A stretch of 63,178 nucleotides of DNA, the filler included. It is 5 parts of 5 records of this genome, joined end to end, with 100 filler letters (N's around TTAATTAATTAA, not from the genome) between each part and the next. Parts side by side here need not be neighbours in the genome. Positions count along the whole stretch, not along the records: positions 27,982 to 51,404 come from DRR378314_844; 4 more parts are not named here. The stretch is one strand, 5' to 3'. A program made the translations under genes and the position numbers. Positions 32,511 to 43,064 of the stretch are shown here, piece by piece; within the stretch, counting starts at the first letter, position 1; each line of letters starts with the position of its first letter. Below the pieces are notes generated by a model. The model was given only the letters and a program-made list of their open reading frames with translations, was not told the DNA's origin and did not search any database.

Positions 32511-33899
32511 TTAGTAGCGGTAATGTTCCGGCTTGTACGGGCCTTCCGGCTTCACGCCAATATAGGCCGCTTGTTCACTGTCCATCTGGGTCAGCTTTAC
32601 ACCAATGCGATCCAGATGCAGCCGGGCGACTTTTTCATCCAGATGCTTGGGCAGGATGTAGACGTCGTTTTTGTACTCATCGCCCTTGGTGAATAGCTCG
32701 ATCTGCGCCAGAACCTGGTTGGTAAACGAGGCCGACATCACGAAAGAGGGGTGGCCGGTGGCGTTGCCAAGGTTCAGCAGACGACCTTCGGACAGCAGGA
32801 TAATGCGATTGCCCGAAGGCATCTCGATCATGTCCACCTGTTCCTTGATGTTGGTCCATTTGTGGTTCTTCAAACTGGCCACCTGAATCTCATTGTCGAA
32901 GTGACCAATGTTGCCAACGATGGCCATGTCTTTCATCGCGCGCATATGCTCGATGCGGATCACGTCCTTGTTGCCGGTCGTGGTGATGAAAAGGTCTGCC
33001 GATGCAACTTCGTCTTCCAGCAGTGTGACTTCGAACCCATCCATCGCAGCCTGCAGGGCGCAGATCGGGTCCACTTCGGTCACCTTCACGCGGGCACCAG
33101 CGCCGCGCAGAGACGCGGCCGAACCTTTGCCCACGTCACCGTAACCACACACCACAGCAACCTTACCGGCCATCATCGTATCGGTAGCACGGCGGATACC
33201 GTCGACCAGCGATTCCTTGCAACCGTATTTGTTGTCGAATTTCGACTTGGTAACACTGTCATTCACGTTGATCGCAGGGAAGGGTAGCTGACCTTCTTTG
33301 ACCAGTTGATACAGCCGGTTAACACCCGTAGTCGTTTCCTCGGACACGCCCTGAATCTGGTCCCGCATTTTGGTGAACCAGCCGGGCGATGCGGCCATGC
33401 GTTTCTTGATCTGCGCCTTAATCGCCTCTTCCTCTTCCGAACCGGGAACAGGGATAATGTCCTCACCCGCTTCGGCACGGGCACCCAGCAGGATGTACAA
33501 TGTTGCGTCGCCGCCATCGTCCAGGATCATGTTCGGGCCATCTTCGAACAGGAAGGATTTATCCAGATAATCCCAATGCTCTTCCAGCGTCTGCCCCTTG
33601 ATGGCAAAGACGGGAATACCCGCTTCGGCAATCGCCGCGGCCGCGTGATCTTGCGTTGAGAAGATGTTGCATGACGCCCAGCGTACATCCGCGCCCAGCG
33701 CAACTAGCGTTTCGATCAGAACGGCGGTCTGAATGGTCATGTGCAGCGAACCGACGATCCGCGCACCGCTCAGTGGCTTGCTGTCACCGTATTCAGCGCG
33801 CAGGGACATCAGGCCCGGCATCTCGGTTTCAGCAATATTCAGTTCTTTGCGGCCAAATCCGGCCAGCGAAATGTCTTTGACGATATAGTCCCCGGCCAT
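32511..33899 (-). CDS. ahcY: Adenosylhomocysteinase
   Basis: [49 protein letters not shown]. Confidence 0.98.
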   Translation of the reverse strand: MAGDYIVKDISLAGFGRKELNIAETEMPGLMSLRAEYGDSKPLSGARIVGSLHMTIQTAVLIETLVALGADVRWASCNIFSTQDHAAAAIAEAGIPVFAIKGQTLEEHWDYLDKSFLFEDGPNMILDDGGDATLYILLGARAEAGEDIIPVPGSEEEEAIKAQIKKRMAASPGWFTKMRDQIQGVSEETTTGVNRLYQLVKEGQLPFPAINVNDSVTKSKFDNKYGCKESLVDGIRRATDTMMAGKVAVVCGYGDVGKGSAASLRGAGARVKVTEVDPICALQAAMDGFEVTLLEDEVASADLFITTTGNKDVIRIEHMRAMKDMAIVGNIGHFDNEIQVASLKNHKWTNIKEQVDMIEMPSGNRIILLSEGRLLNLGNATGHPSFVMSASFTNQVLAQIELFTKGDEYKNDVYILPKHLDEKVARLHLDRIGVKLTQMDSEQAAYIGVKPEGPYKPEHYRY

Positions 33900-34001
33900 C
33901 AGGTGCTCCACTCCGGTAAATATTGATCCGGGCTGCCCTAACACTCATTGAGGCAGGTGGCAATGTGGATAGCCGGGGCAAAAACCTGACACTGAAAAAT
34001 A

Positions 34002-34316
34002 TCAGCTTGGCGTGCCTTCAACCTTGAGCTTGGGGATCGCTTCAAAAAAATCTGTGCCAACGGCGACGATGCAACTGATGCCGTTCGCTTGGGTCACCAA
34101 AACGGTATAACTTCCCGTTTCCTTCGAGGTCCAAACCTCCATGACCGATTGCGCGCCACGTGACTTCTGCAGACCGCCAAAGACCAATTCCTCGGCATAA
34201 CTGTCTTGCAGTTTGGTAATCACGTGCTCGCGTTCTGCACAATTCTGGGCAAAAGCAGGCGGTGCGGTCGCAGCCATTCCAAAGGTCAGGGCTATTGCAA
34301 ACAAACGCTTGAACAT
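34002..34316 (-). CDS. Small secreted hypothetical protein
   Basis: Signal peptide ending AFA-Q; two Cys; G.YTVLVT...G.SC. Confidence 0.8.
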   Translation of the reverse strand: MFKRLFAIALTFGMAATAPPAFAQNCAEREHVITKLQDSYAEELVFGGLQKSRGAQSVMEVWTSKETGSYTVLVTQANGISCIVAVGTDFFEAIPKLKVEGTPS

Positions 34317-34522
34317 AACAAGCTCCTTTCGATACGAGTTTCGTTTCGAGAGGGCGCAACTGGGAGGAGTCAGCACCCCCCTCAGTCCTTAATGTCGGGA
34401 TCGTATCGTACCGTTTCAAAGCACGAATGCTCAAGAAAGTGTTGGCAGCATGTGATCCAGACAGGTACATCATAACATAAGAACACGGATTGAACGTGTC
34501 CTAGTTCACAAGGCATGGCAAA

Positions 34523-35116
34523 ATGGCAACACAACCCAGAGCGTGGCAAAGAATGCTGTCGGGCCGTCGGCTGGATTTATTAGATCCGACACCGGTGGAT
34601 ATCGAGATCGAAGATATCGCGCACGGGCTGGCCTTTGTGGCGCGATGGAATGGGCAGACAAACGGGGATTTTGCCTATTCCGTGGCCGAACATTCCTTGC
34701 TGGTTGAAGAGCTTTTTGGCCGCATCGCACCAAATGCACCCGCAAAATGGCGTTTGGCAGCACTGTTACACGACGCGCCCGAATATGTGATCGGAGACAT
34801 GATTTCCCCTGTCAAATCCGCTGTTGGCCCGGATTACGGTGATTTAGATGACCGGCTGGCTGCGGCCATACATATCCGTTTCGGATTGCCCGCTGCAGTG
34901 CCGAAAACGATAAAACGCCAGATCAAAAAGGCCGACAAGATCAGCGCCTGGATGGAGGCCACGCAAATCGCGGGCTTTTCTGAGGCCGAGGCGACAAAGT
35001 TCTTTGGCCGCCCTGACAGGGCAGTTCTGGAGGGGTTACAGATCAAACTGCGCCCACCACTCGACGTACGACAGGCCTATACCGCGCGGCACGAAGAGCT
35101 ATTATCCAGTTTCTAG
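34523..35116 (+). CDS. HD-domain hydrolase (YfbR-like)
   Basis: YSVAEHS, ALLHDAPEYVIGD, KKAD. Confidence 0.88.
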   Translation: MATQPRAWQRMLSGRRLDLLDPTPVDIEIEDIAHGLAFVARWNGQTNGDFAYSVAEHSLLVEELFGRIAPNAPAKWRLAALLHDAPEYVIGDMISPVKSAVGPDYGDLDDRLAAAIHIRFGLPAAVPKTIKRQIKKADKISAWMEATQIAGFSEAEATKFFGRPDRAVLEGLQIKLRPPLDVRQAYTARHEELLSSF

Positions 35117-35178
35117 GTCAGCGGTGCGGCGCAGGCTAGGCCGCCAATAAACAACACTATTATCGGGCGCAGGTTCAA

Positions 35179-36003
35179 ATGAGCGATGCAGATAGCCGGG
35201 CACGGGTAACAGACGCGCAGATGGAATACGCCAATTCCTGCTTGCGCGAAGCCTACAATCTGGCGGGCCGGGGGCGGGTGCGCAATCTGATCCGAAAATC
35301 GCTGCTGCCGCAGATGATCGAGTATCGCAACTTGAATATCCATCTGCACCCTTGCGACAATTTCAGCGAGTTTGTTCTTTGGCGAAAGGGTCGGTCCCCA
35401 GAAGAGCTTGAGCTGAACTGGTTGAAAGACACTTTTGGGGGCAAAACTGTCAAAATCTTGGATATTGGGGCCAACTTTGGCCTGTACTCGCTTTTCTTTG
35501 CGTCAGTCCTCGCCTCGGACTCCCGGATTTATGCATTTGAACCAAACCCCACGTTGGCTAAGCGTTTCAAGAGAAACTGCGCTCTGAATGGTTTTGACAA
35601 TGTAGACCTCAACATCTGCGCCATCTCGGGCGAAACCGGCGGAGCAACGCTTTCAATCGAGCTGCGCGGGGACACAGCGACCAATCTTGGTGAGGCGCAT
35701 CTGACCACCGACCCTGCGCACCTGGACAAGACAAAATACGAGTTCATACAAGTGCAAACCCGATCGCTTTTGGAGCTGACGCATCTGCACGGGGTCGATT
35801 ACGCCAAGCTTGACGTGGAAGGGCACGAGCCGAATATTCTTATGCCTTTCTTTGAGGTCGCTGAGGACGAGGCTCTTCCCCGATACCTGCAACTGGAGGC
35901 CGTGAAGCTTGGCGAAGGTGCAGAAAGCCTCTTTGCCGCCATTTCCGGCCGTGGTTACAAGAATGTCTTTCAAACTCAGCGCAATATCATATTCAATAGG
36001 TAG
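35179..36003 (+). CDS. FkbM-family methyltransferase
   Basis: LDIGANFGLYS, AFEPNP, KLDVEGHE. Confidence 0.9.
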   Translation: MSDADSRARVTDAQMEYANSCLREAYNLAGRGRVRNLIRKSLLPQMIEYRNLNIHLHPCDNFSEFVLWRKGRSPEELELNWLKDTFGGKTVKILDIGANFGLYSLFFASVLASDSRIYAFEPNPTLAKRFKRNCALNGFDNVDLNICAISGETGGATLSIELRGDTATNLGEAHLTTDPAHLDKTKYEFIQVQTRSLLELTHLHGVDYAKLDVEGHEPNILMPFFEVAEDEALPRYLQLEAVKLGEGAESLFAAISGRGYKNVFQTQRNIIFNR

Positions 36004-36053
36004 GTGATGCGGCAAGAACCAACCCTCATAGCCGGGCCTGGGATCAAGCTGAT

Positions 36054-37022
36054 ATGAATGTCGGGTTGTTCTCTTGCGCCAGAAACGAGGGGCCGTTCAT
36101 TCTTGAGTGGGTCGCCTATCATTTACTTGTCGGGTTTGACCCGATCCTGATCTACAGCAATGACTCAACCGACGGCACAACTGAACTGCTTGATGCCCTC
36201 GATCGCAATGGCATCATCGCTCATGTTCTGCAGGACCTGAAGCCGGGCGAAATTCCGCAGCACGCGGCTGCCGACAAGGCCTTTTTGCACCCATCGCTTG
36301 TTTATGCCGATTGGCTGATGTGGCTCGATATTGATGAGTTCCTTTACTGCGCGGGTCCCAACAATAAGGTCACGGATCTGATCGAGCGATGCGCCAGAAA
36401 CGTAGAGGGTGTGGCGGTGAATTGGCTGATATTCGGGGACGGATTTCACCACAACTGGGAACCCGGCCTTGTCACCCAACGATTTCTGCAACGCGCGGAA
36501 GACGATCACCGCCTGCATCGACGCTACAAAACTCTGTTTCAGACATCTGAAAAAATTCGCGGGTTCGGCATCCACAGGCCCCACCTGTACAAAGGGTTTC
36601 AGGTGGATGGTGGGCAGTTCGTCAACGCCTCGGGGCAACCCATGCATGACGATATTTATCGTTCCGGCGTGCGGAGACGGCATGCCTTTGGAGCTGCGCC
36701 CGAGTACCTGGTTTGTCATGACTGGGCCGCTGTATTTCACTACCCGGTGAAAACAAGGGACAGTTTCGAACTGAAGCGCCAACGCGGTCAGGGAACGAAA
36801 CCGATTGATGCGCCTGACCGGTTCAGCCGGTTTCGCGAACAGTATTGGAAGAAATACAACCAAAACAGTGTTTTGGATGACCGGATGCTGGCAATGGGTG
36901 ACAGACTCCAGACGAAGGTGGAGAAACTGTTGTTATCGACTGATATCAGGCACGCATATGAATCCTGTCTCAGAATATGCGCGCAGCGTCTTCACGCATT
37001 GGCGGAACGTCCAGCACTTTGA
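36054..37022 (+). CDS. Glycosyltransferase, family 2/92-like
   Basis: RNEGPFILEWVAYH...GFD, SNDSTDGT, LDIDEFL. Confidence 0.87.
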   Translation: MNVGLFSCARNEGPFILEWVAYHLLVGFDPILIYSNDSTDGTTELLDALDRNGIIAHVLQDLKPGEIPQHAAADKAFLHPSLVYADWLMWLDIDEFLYCAGPNNKVTDLIERCARNVEGVAVNWLIFGDGFHHNWEPGLVTQRFLQRAEDDHRLHRRYKTLFQTSEKIRGFGIHRPHLYKGFQVDGGQFVNASGQPMHDDIYRSGVRRRHAFGAAPEYLVCHDWAAVFHYPVKTRDSFELKRQRGQGTKPIDAPDRFSRFREQYWKKYNQNSVLDDRMLAMGDRLQTKVEKLLLSTDIRHAYESCLRICAQRLHALAERPAL

Positions 37023-37396
37023 CAAATTAAGGAAGCTTTCACTTGCTACAGCTGTCTAACAGTTAGGCTTTGGATCAACCTAAAGTGCACAGAGAGTTAA
37101 GTCATGTTTACAAAAAGGTTTCGCATAGGACGATGAGCATGGTTCAGCTTGGTACCTCCAGTAGAAGCCAACAGGGCACGATACCTGACGACCTACGATG
37201 ACTGGATTTCTTTGAGCATTACATCTTCATCACACCTATCCGCCTCAGGATGAACCATTTGTCAACACGACCCGACAGCTATCGCTTAAACGATCAAATC
37301 CAGAATTGAGTCATCAGCGCTGACCGCACTCATCCCGATCCGTTGTCAACACGTTTCGCGTATGTCATACGCGAAATTAATATAGCGGGGTTTTTT

Positions 37397-38203
37397 ATGG
37401 AACGCAGTAATGTGGCGTCGTTATGGATCGGCAAACGCTTGAGTTTTTTAGACCTCCTTTGCCTCAAATCTTTTGACGAAATTGGTCAACGTGTAACACT
37501 GTTTTCGTACGAACCGATCGAAAATTTACCTTCATATGTCACGCAAGCCGACGCCCGAAGTGTGTACGATCCGGAGCGTATACTGCTTCAAAGAGTTGGG
37601 AACGGCCTCGTTCGGCGAAGCCCAGCTCTACATTCTGACATATTTCGAATACACCTTCTTAATAAAACAGATTTTATTTGGGCAGACACCGACGCTTACG
37701 CGCTGAAACCTCTAACAACCAAAAATGGCTATCTGTTTGGAAGAGTCGGATCAAACATTCTAAATGGCGTACTTGCGTTGCCAAAAGACAGCCATGCCCT
37801 CAATAAGTTGTTAGAATTCTCAGCGACGGAAAATGAATTTCCACCCTGGTGGGATCAGCAGACCCGTCTGAGACACCAAGAGAAAAATCTCCCGATTCAG
37901 CCTGAGTTTTTCCCTTGGGGAACATATGGTCCTCGGGCCTTGCAGTATTTTCTAGGTGCAACCGGAGAAGAAACTCATGCGTCAAGAAGTGACGTCTTGT
38001 ATCCAGTCAAAGCGCGTCACAAAGAAATCTTATTGACCCGATCAGATATCGAGATTCCTAAAAGGGCGCTTTCGATCCACCTGTACTCTACCAATCTAAA
38101 AGCGATGATCAGGCGGAACTTTGGTGGAAAAATACCCGAAGGGTGCTTTCTACATCAATTGTGCGAGAAGCAAGGCATCGATCCACTTGAAGCCCCGCTT
38201 TAA
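37397..38203 (+). CDS. DXD-type (GT32-like) glycosyltransferase
   Basis: SLWIG..LSFLDLLCLKSF, HSDIFR, WADTDAY, WG.YGP; AT-richer than neighbours. Confidence 0.72.
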   Translation: MERSNVASLWIGKRLSFLDLLCLKSFDEIGQRVTLFSYEPIENLPSYVTQADARSVYDPERILLQRVGNGLVRRSPALHSDIFRIHLLNKTDFIWADTDAYALKPLTTKNGYLFGRVGSNILNGVLALPKDSHALNKLLEFSATENEFPPWWDQQTRLRHQEKNLPIQPEFFPWGTYGPRALQYFLGATGEETHASRSDVLYPVKARHKEILLTRSDIEIPKRALSIHLYSTNLKAMIRRNFGGKIPEGCFLHQLCEKQGIDPLEAPL

Positions 38204-38238
38204 GTTCTTAGCCGCACCGAGGGGTGCACCTGGTTATC

Positions 38239-38793
38239 TTAACGTGGGCTACGCTTCGCCAAAATCCGCTGCAAAGTCCGGCGATGCATGTTCAGGCGGC
38301 GCGCGGTTTCGGAAACATTCCGATCACACAGCTCATAGACCCGCTGAATATGTTCCCAGCGAACGCGGTCGGCACTCATGGGGTTTTCCGGCGGTGGGGG
38401 CAGTTCGTCGCCCTTGGCCAGCAAGGCGTTGGTGATATCAGTGGCATCGGCGGGTTTGGACAAATAGTCAGTTGCGCCGATTTTGACCGCTGCAACGGCG
38501 GTGGCGATGGCTCCGTACCCGGTCAGAACCACAACCCGGCTGTCGGGGCGCTTGTCACGTAGCACTTCAACCACGTCGAGCCCGTTGCCATCCTCAAGCC
38601 GCAGATCAACCACTGCATATGCAGGTGGGCGTGCGGTCGAAATGGCGCGGCCCGCAGCGACGGAACCGGCGGTTTCAACCTCAAAGCCGCGCTTCTCCAT
38701 GGCTTTGGCCAGACGCCTCAGAAATGGCTCGTCATCATCTACCAGCAGCAGCGACTTGTCGGGGCCGATTTCAAGCTGGGTACTGTCTGCCAT
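38239..38793 (-). CDS. regA: Redox response regulator RegA/PrrA
   Basis: Receiver domain plus MSADRVRWEHIQRVYELCDRNVSETARRLNMHRRTLQRIL. Confidence 0.97.
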   Translation of the reverse strand: MADSTQLEIGPDKSLLLVDDDEPFLRRLAKAMEKRGFEVETAGSVAAGRAISTARPPAYAVVDLRLEDGNGLDVVEVLRDKRPDSRVVVLTGYGAIATAVAAVKIGATDYLSKPADATDITNALLAKGDELPPPPENPMSADRVRWEHIQRVYELCDRNVSETARRLNMHRRTLQRILAKRSPR

Positions 38794-38879
38794 ATATGGG
38801 TCTTTCCGCTATTTCATGCCTTTGGCTTAAACATGAGTCATAGCAGCGCCACGACAAAGGTCAAACCGACTGTTGCGCC

Positions 38880-39497
38880 TTAGATCTGGTCAAGGAAGCA
38901 GCCAACCTTGTCCGCCATCTGCTCGGCCGTGTCATCGCGCTTGAAGAATTCGAGAAACCCGTCCTCGGGCGTGACCAGATAGGTAAAGGTAGAGTGATCG
39001 ACCAGATAGTACTCGTCGCTTTTGTCATGGGCCTTGTAATAGGTCTTATAAGCCTTGCTCGCGGCCTTGACCTGCTCGGACGAGCCGGTCAAGGCGATCA
39101 TGCGTTCGTGCAGGTTAAAGGCATAATCGCCCAAAACCTCGGGCGTGTCGCGGTCGGGGTCGATCGAGATGAACATGGGCGTCACCGACTGACCACGCTG
39201 TGCCAGAAGATCAATCGCCTCGGCATTGCGGGACATGTCAAAGGGGCAGACATCTGGGCAGAACGTATAACCGAAATAGATCAACGTAGGTTCGGTAATC
39301 ACATCCTTGTCGGTCACGGCCTCACCCTTGCTGTTGACCAGTTCGAATGGCCCACCAATCGTGGCGCTGCCACCCGCAATCTGGCTAGAGCGGCACTGCG
39401 CAAACTTGTCGTCTGAACCACCGCGCGTCAGCAGCCACATCGCGCCCAAGCCAATGGCCAGAACAACGGTTGCGAGTATGGCATAAAGGCGGAGCAT
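38880..39497 (-). CDS. senC: SCO-family copper chaperone SenC/PrrC
   Basis: YFGYTFCPDVCP, DPDRD, VDHS; lies between regA and regB. Confidence 0.93.
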   Translation of the reverse strand: MLRLYAILATVVLAIGLGAMWLLTRGGSDDKFAQCRSSQIAGGSATIGGPFELVNSKGEAVTDKDVITEPTLIYFGYTFCPDVCPFDMSRNAEAIDLLAQRGQSVTPMFISIDPDRDTPEVLGDYAFNLHERMIALTGSSEQVKAASKAYKTYYKAHDKSDEYYLVDHSTFTYLVTPEDGFLEFFKRDDTAEQMADKVGCFLDQI

Positions 39498-39586
39498 GAC
39501 ATCTATCCTGACACGAAGGTTGTTGATCGGTTTGGTCGGCACTCCTATCAACGTGGTGGGCCGACGCAATAGGACATAATCGACAG

Positions 39587-40978
39587 ATGACGGATTCCAA
39601 CACCAGTCTTTGGCGCGGACAGGAACGCAGCACATGGATCAGGCTGCGCACGCTGATTCTATTGCGCTGGGTGGCCATCATCGGCCAATTCACCGCGATC
39701 ACCGTCGCGCAGCAATATTATCATGTACAGCTTGAACTTGGCTTGTGCTACTTTGCCATCGGCGTTTCGGTCATGGGCAATTTAACAGCCATCCTGCTGT
39801 TTCCCGAAAACAAGCGCTTATCCGAGTTTGAGAATTTCCTGATGGTGCTGTTCGACCTGCTGCAGCTGTCGATACTGCTGTATCTGACCGGTGGGCTGAA
39901 CAATCCATTTGCGCTGCTGCTGATCGGACCGGTGACGATTTCGGCGAATGTCATGAGCACGCGATCAACCCTGATCATTGGTAGTGTTGCGGTGATCCTG
40001 ACAACATTGCTGGCGCAATTTCATCTGCCGCTGCGGACCAATCTTGGCCTTGTGTTGGATATCCCCGACATCTTGCTGTTCGGAAACTGGGCGGCGATCA
40101 TCATCGCCATCGTCTTCATCGGCGCCTATTCCCACCGCATCAGTTCTGAGGTGCAATCGATGTCCGAAGCGCTATCGGCCACCCATATGGCACTGGCACG
40201 CGAGCAAAAGCTGACTGATTTGGGCGGCGTCGTCGCGGCCGCTGCGCATGAGTTGGGAACCCCGCTGGCCACGATTAAATTGGCCAGTTCTGAGTTGATC
40301 GAAGAGCTGGACGACCGGCCCGAGCTGATAGAAGACGCCGCTCTGATCCGCGAGCAGGCCGACCGCTGTCGTGACATCCTGCGCGATATGGGCCGGGCAG
40401 GGAAAGACGACCTGCACCTGAGGCAAGCGCCGCTGTCAACGGTGATCCACGAATCCGCAGAGCCGCACATCCACCGGGGTAAACAGGTGCATTTCGACGA
40501 GAGGCCGATTGCCGATGGCGATGTGCAGCAACCGTCGATCCTGCGCAAGCCCGAGATTATACATGGGCTGCGTAACCTGATCCAGAACGCGGTGGATTTT
40601 GCGCAGTCGAATGTCTGGATCGAGGCCGAATGGACCTCGGACCGAATCAGCGTCTCAATCATGGATGACGGTCGCGGATACCCTTCTCATATCATCGGAC
40701 GGATCGGTGATCCGTTCATGCGCCGCCGCCGCACCGACCGCAGCAGCCGACCCGAATACGAAGGCATGGGGCTGGGTTTGTTCATTGCGAAAACGTTGCT
40801 GGAGCGCAGCGGGGCCGAACTTTACTTCGCCAATGGCGCCGACCCTTACCAGACGCTGACCGATCAGCAGGAACGCAAGGGCGCAATCGTCAAGGTCATC
40901 TGGCCGCGCAAACTTATCGACGCGCAAACTGGTGACACGCCCGTCCCGTCAGGCGCAAACCAACCCTTCCAGATCTGA
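39587..40978 (+). CDS. regB: Redox sensor kinase RegB/PrrB
   Basis: LRWVAI.GQ, GGLNNPF, AHELGTPL, RCRDIL, GMGLGLFIA. Confidence 0.96.
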   Translation: MTDSNTSLWRGQERSTWIRLRTLILLRWVAIIGQFTAITVAQQYYHVQLELGLCYFAIGVSVMGNLTAILLFPENKRLSEFENFLMVLFDLLQLSILLYLTGGLNNPFALLLIGPVTISANVMSTRSTLIIGSVAVILTTLLAQFHLPLRTNLGLVLDIPDILLFGNWAAIIIAIVFIGAYSHRISSEVQSMSEALSATHMALAREQKLTDLGGVVAAAAHELGTPLATIKLASSELIEELDDRPELIEDAALIREQADRCRDILRDMGRAGKDDLHLRQAPLSTVIHESAEPHIHRGKQVHFDERPIADGDVQQPSILRKPEIIHGLRNLIQNAVDFAQSNVWIEAEWTSDRISVSIMDDGRGYPSHIIGRIGDPFMRRRRTDRSSRPEYEGMGLGLFIAKTLLERSGAELYFANGADPYQTLTDQQERKGAIVKVIWPRKLIDAQTGDTPVPSGANQPFQI

Positions 40979-40979
40979 G

Positions 40980-40995
40980 TTAAGACCCCGTTAAC
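40980..40995 (+). promoter_or_regulatory. CtrA full site TTAA-N7-TTAAC
   Basis: TTAA-GACCCCG-TTAAC, about 50 nt upstream of the PAS gene ATG. Confidence 0.8.
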
Positions 40996-41043
40996 CATTG
41001 CCGTCCATACAGGCCGGGATGTTTTGACAGGGGCGTTGGATCA

Positions 41044-42552
41044 ATGGCCGACTGGTTCGTTCTGGCCGCTATAAGCGTGGTTTCGGCCAGCTTTGCGATA
41101 TTGTGGTTGTGGCCACGTCGCCAGAAAAGGATTGGCGACTATGGGCTTTCGACCCCAGGGTCACTGTTCGATGTAGTCTTTCTGTTCGATGGGGACAGAT
41201 TGATCAGCCACTCGGATATCGCGTTGACCGGATATGAAACTGTTTGCAACTGGTCCGATTTGCGGCGGCTGTTGCAGCGAGACTATCCTTCTTTCCCGGA
41301 AACGCCCGAGGTTGTGCGCTCCGAAGGCAATCTGGCCGTTTCCGCCATTGATTGTACGGTTGAGCGCGAAGTTCTGTGCGAATGGATCGACGGTGTAATC
41401 CGCGTTCAACTGCGCGATCTGACGGGCATGCCGCCGGCCAAGCGCACTGACCCGAACGACCCGATCCGGCTGGCGATGGAACAAGCGCCCTACCCCGTTT
41501 GGTTGTCGGGCGATTGCAATACCGTGCGCTGGTGCAACGCTGCGTATGTTTCGCTGGCGCGCAAAATCTCGGGGCAGGATGCGGACCTGACCGAGCCGGT
41601 CTTTCCATTGCAATTGGACGATGCGCAGCTTGGCCGGAAGACCCGTGTCTCAGTTCAGATAAAAGACAGCGAGGCCAGATTGTGGTTTGATCTGACCCGT
41701 GTCGCCCATGATCAGGGCCAGCTGTGCTATGCCGTCGATATAAACGCGATTGTCGAGGCTGAAACCGCACAACGTAAATTCGTTCAGACGATGACCAAAA
41801 CCTTCGCCCAGCTCTCGATTGGTTTGGCTATCTTTGATCGCAACAGCCAGCTGGCATTGTTTAACCCCGCGCTGATCGACCTGACCTCACTGCCGCCAGA
41901 TTTCCTTAGCCTTCGTCCCAGCTTGTCCAGCTTCTTTGACCGGCTCCGCGATCAGCACATGATGCCGGAACCCAAGAACTATCGCGGATGGCGTCGTCAA
42001 ATGAATGATCTTCTCGAAGCGGCCCAGGATGGCAATTATCAGGAAACATGGTCTCTCCCCTCGGGGTCGGTCTATTCCGTCAGCGGTCGGCCGCACCCCG
42101 ATGGTGCCGTCGCCTTTCTGTTCGAGGATATTACCGCAGAGATCACACTGACCCGACGTTTTCGTGCAGAAATGGACCTGATGCAATCCATTCTGGACAA
42201 GCTGGCCGATGCGATTGCGGTTTTCTCGGACGACGGAACGCTGGCAACCACGAATTACGCCTACCAAATGATGTGGGGAGACAGCGGAGAGGTTGGGTTT
42301 GAACCCGCAACTGTGGTTGAAATCACTCGTCAGTGGCAGGAGCAGTGCACAGCCACGCCAATCCTTGGCGAAATCCGCGAATTCGTCACCGCGCGCGAAA
42401 ACCGGGCCGAATGGTCGGGCGAGCTGATCCTGAAATCTGGTGGCTCAATCACCTGTACAGTCAACCCCATGCAGAACGGGGCAACCATTGTCCGTTTCTC
42501 CTCAAGCAACGCTGTCAAAAACAGTGCAGAAATGCAGAAAATCAGCGCCTGA
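41044..42552 (+). CDS. divL: Multi-PAS protein without kinase domain; Rhodobacteraceae truncated DivL homolog
   Basis: N-terminal TM, PAS repeats (TFAQLSIGLAIFD...LFNPAL, GRPHPDGA), no H-box; next to regB as recalled for R. capsulatus divL; CtrA box upstream. Confidence 0.7.
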   Translation: MADWFVLAAISVVSASFAILWLWPRRQKRIGDYGLSTPGSLFDVVFLFDGDRLISHSDIALTGYETVCNWSDLRRLLQRDYPSFPETPEVVRSEGNLAVSAIDCTVEREVLCEWIDGVIRVQLRDLTGMPPAKRTDPNDPIRLAMEQAPYPVWLSGDCNTVRWCNAAYVSLARKISGQDADLTEPVFPLQLDDAQLGRKTRVSVQIKDSEARLWFDLTRVAHDQGQLCYAVDINAIVEAETAQRKFVQTMTKTFAQLSIGLAIFDRNSQLALFNPALIDLTSLPPDFLSLRPSLSSFFDRLRDQHMMPEPKNYRGWRRQMNDLLEAAQDGNYQETWSLPSGSVYSVSGRPHPDGAVAFLFEDITAEITLTRRFRAEMDLMQSILDKLADAIAVFSDDGTLATTNYAYQMMWGDSGEVGFEPATVVEITRQWQEQCTATPILGEIREFVTARENRAEWSGELILKSGGSITCTVNPMQNGATIVRFSSSNAVKNSAEMQKISA

Positions 42553-42593
42553 ACCGGGTTGCAGCCAACTCGGCGCGGGTTCATTGTGGCGCC

Positions 42594-43064
42594 ATGAATA
42601 CGCCGCTGAAACTGACTTTAAATTCCCCTCAGGTAACCGCCGACACAGCCGTCCGAATGAGCAGCGCATTGCAACCGGGCGATACAATCCTGCTTGAAGG
42701 TACGATCGGCAGCGGCAAGACCCATTTCGCCCGCGCTTTGATTCAATCCGTCTTGGCCATGCCCGAGGACGTGCCTTCGCCGACATTTACCCTCGTTCAA
42801 GTCTATGAGACACGGATTGGAGAGATTTGGCACTCTGATCTCTATCGGCTTACTTCCGTAGAAGAGATTGAAGAGCTGGGGCTAACCGAGGCTTTCGACA
42901 CCAGCATCTGCCTGGTGGAGTGGCCCGAAAAACTAGGGCAGCTCACCCCGGAATCAGCCCTTTTGATCCGGTTTGTCACTGACCCGGACGATCAGGATAC
43001 GAGGCATCTTGCGCTGTCATGGTCGGACCCGAAATGGAATGCCATGCTGGAGATGATCCAATGA
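42594..43064 (+). CDS. tsaE: t6A ATPase TsaE
   Basis: G.IGSGKTHFAR, VPSPTFTLVQ, H.DLYRL, VEWP. Confidence 0.95.
   Translation: MNTPLKLTLNSPQVTADTAVRMSSALQPGDTILLEGTIGSGKTHFARALIQSVLAMPEDVPSPTFTLVQVYETRIGEIWHSDLYRLTSVEEIEELGLTEAFDTSICLVEWPEKLGQLTPESALLIRFVTDPDDQDTRHLALSWSDPKWNAMLEMIQ

Noticed and set aside
33900-34001. SAH riboswitch upstream of ahcY
   Set aside because: No GAGGAGCG...AGGCTC...CGCTC core on the minus strand
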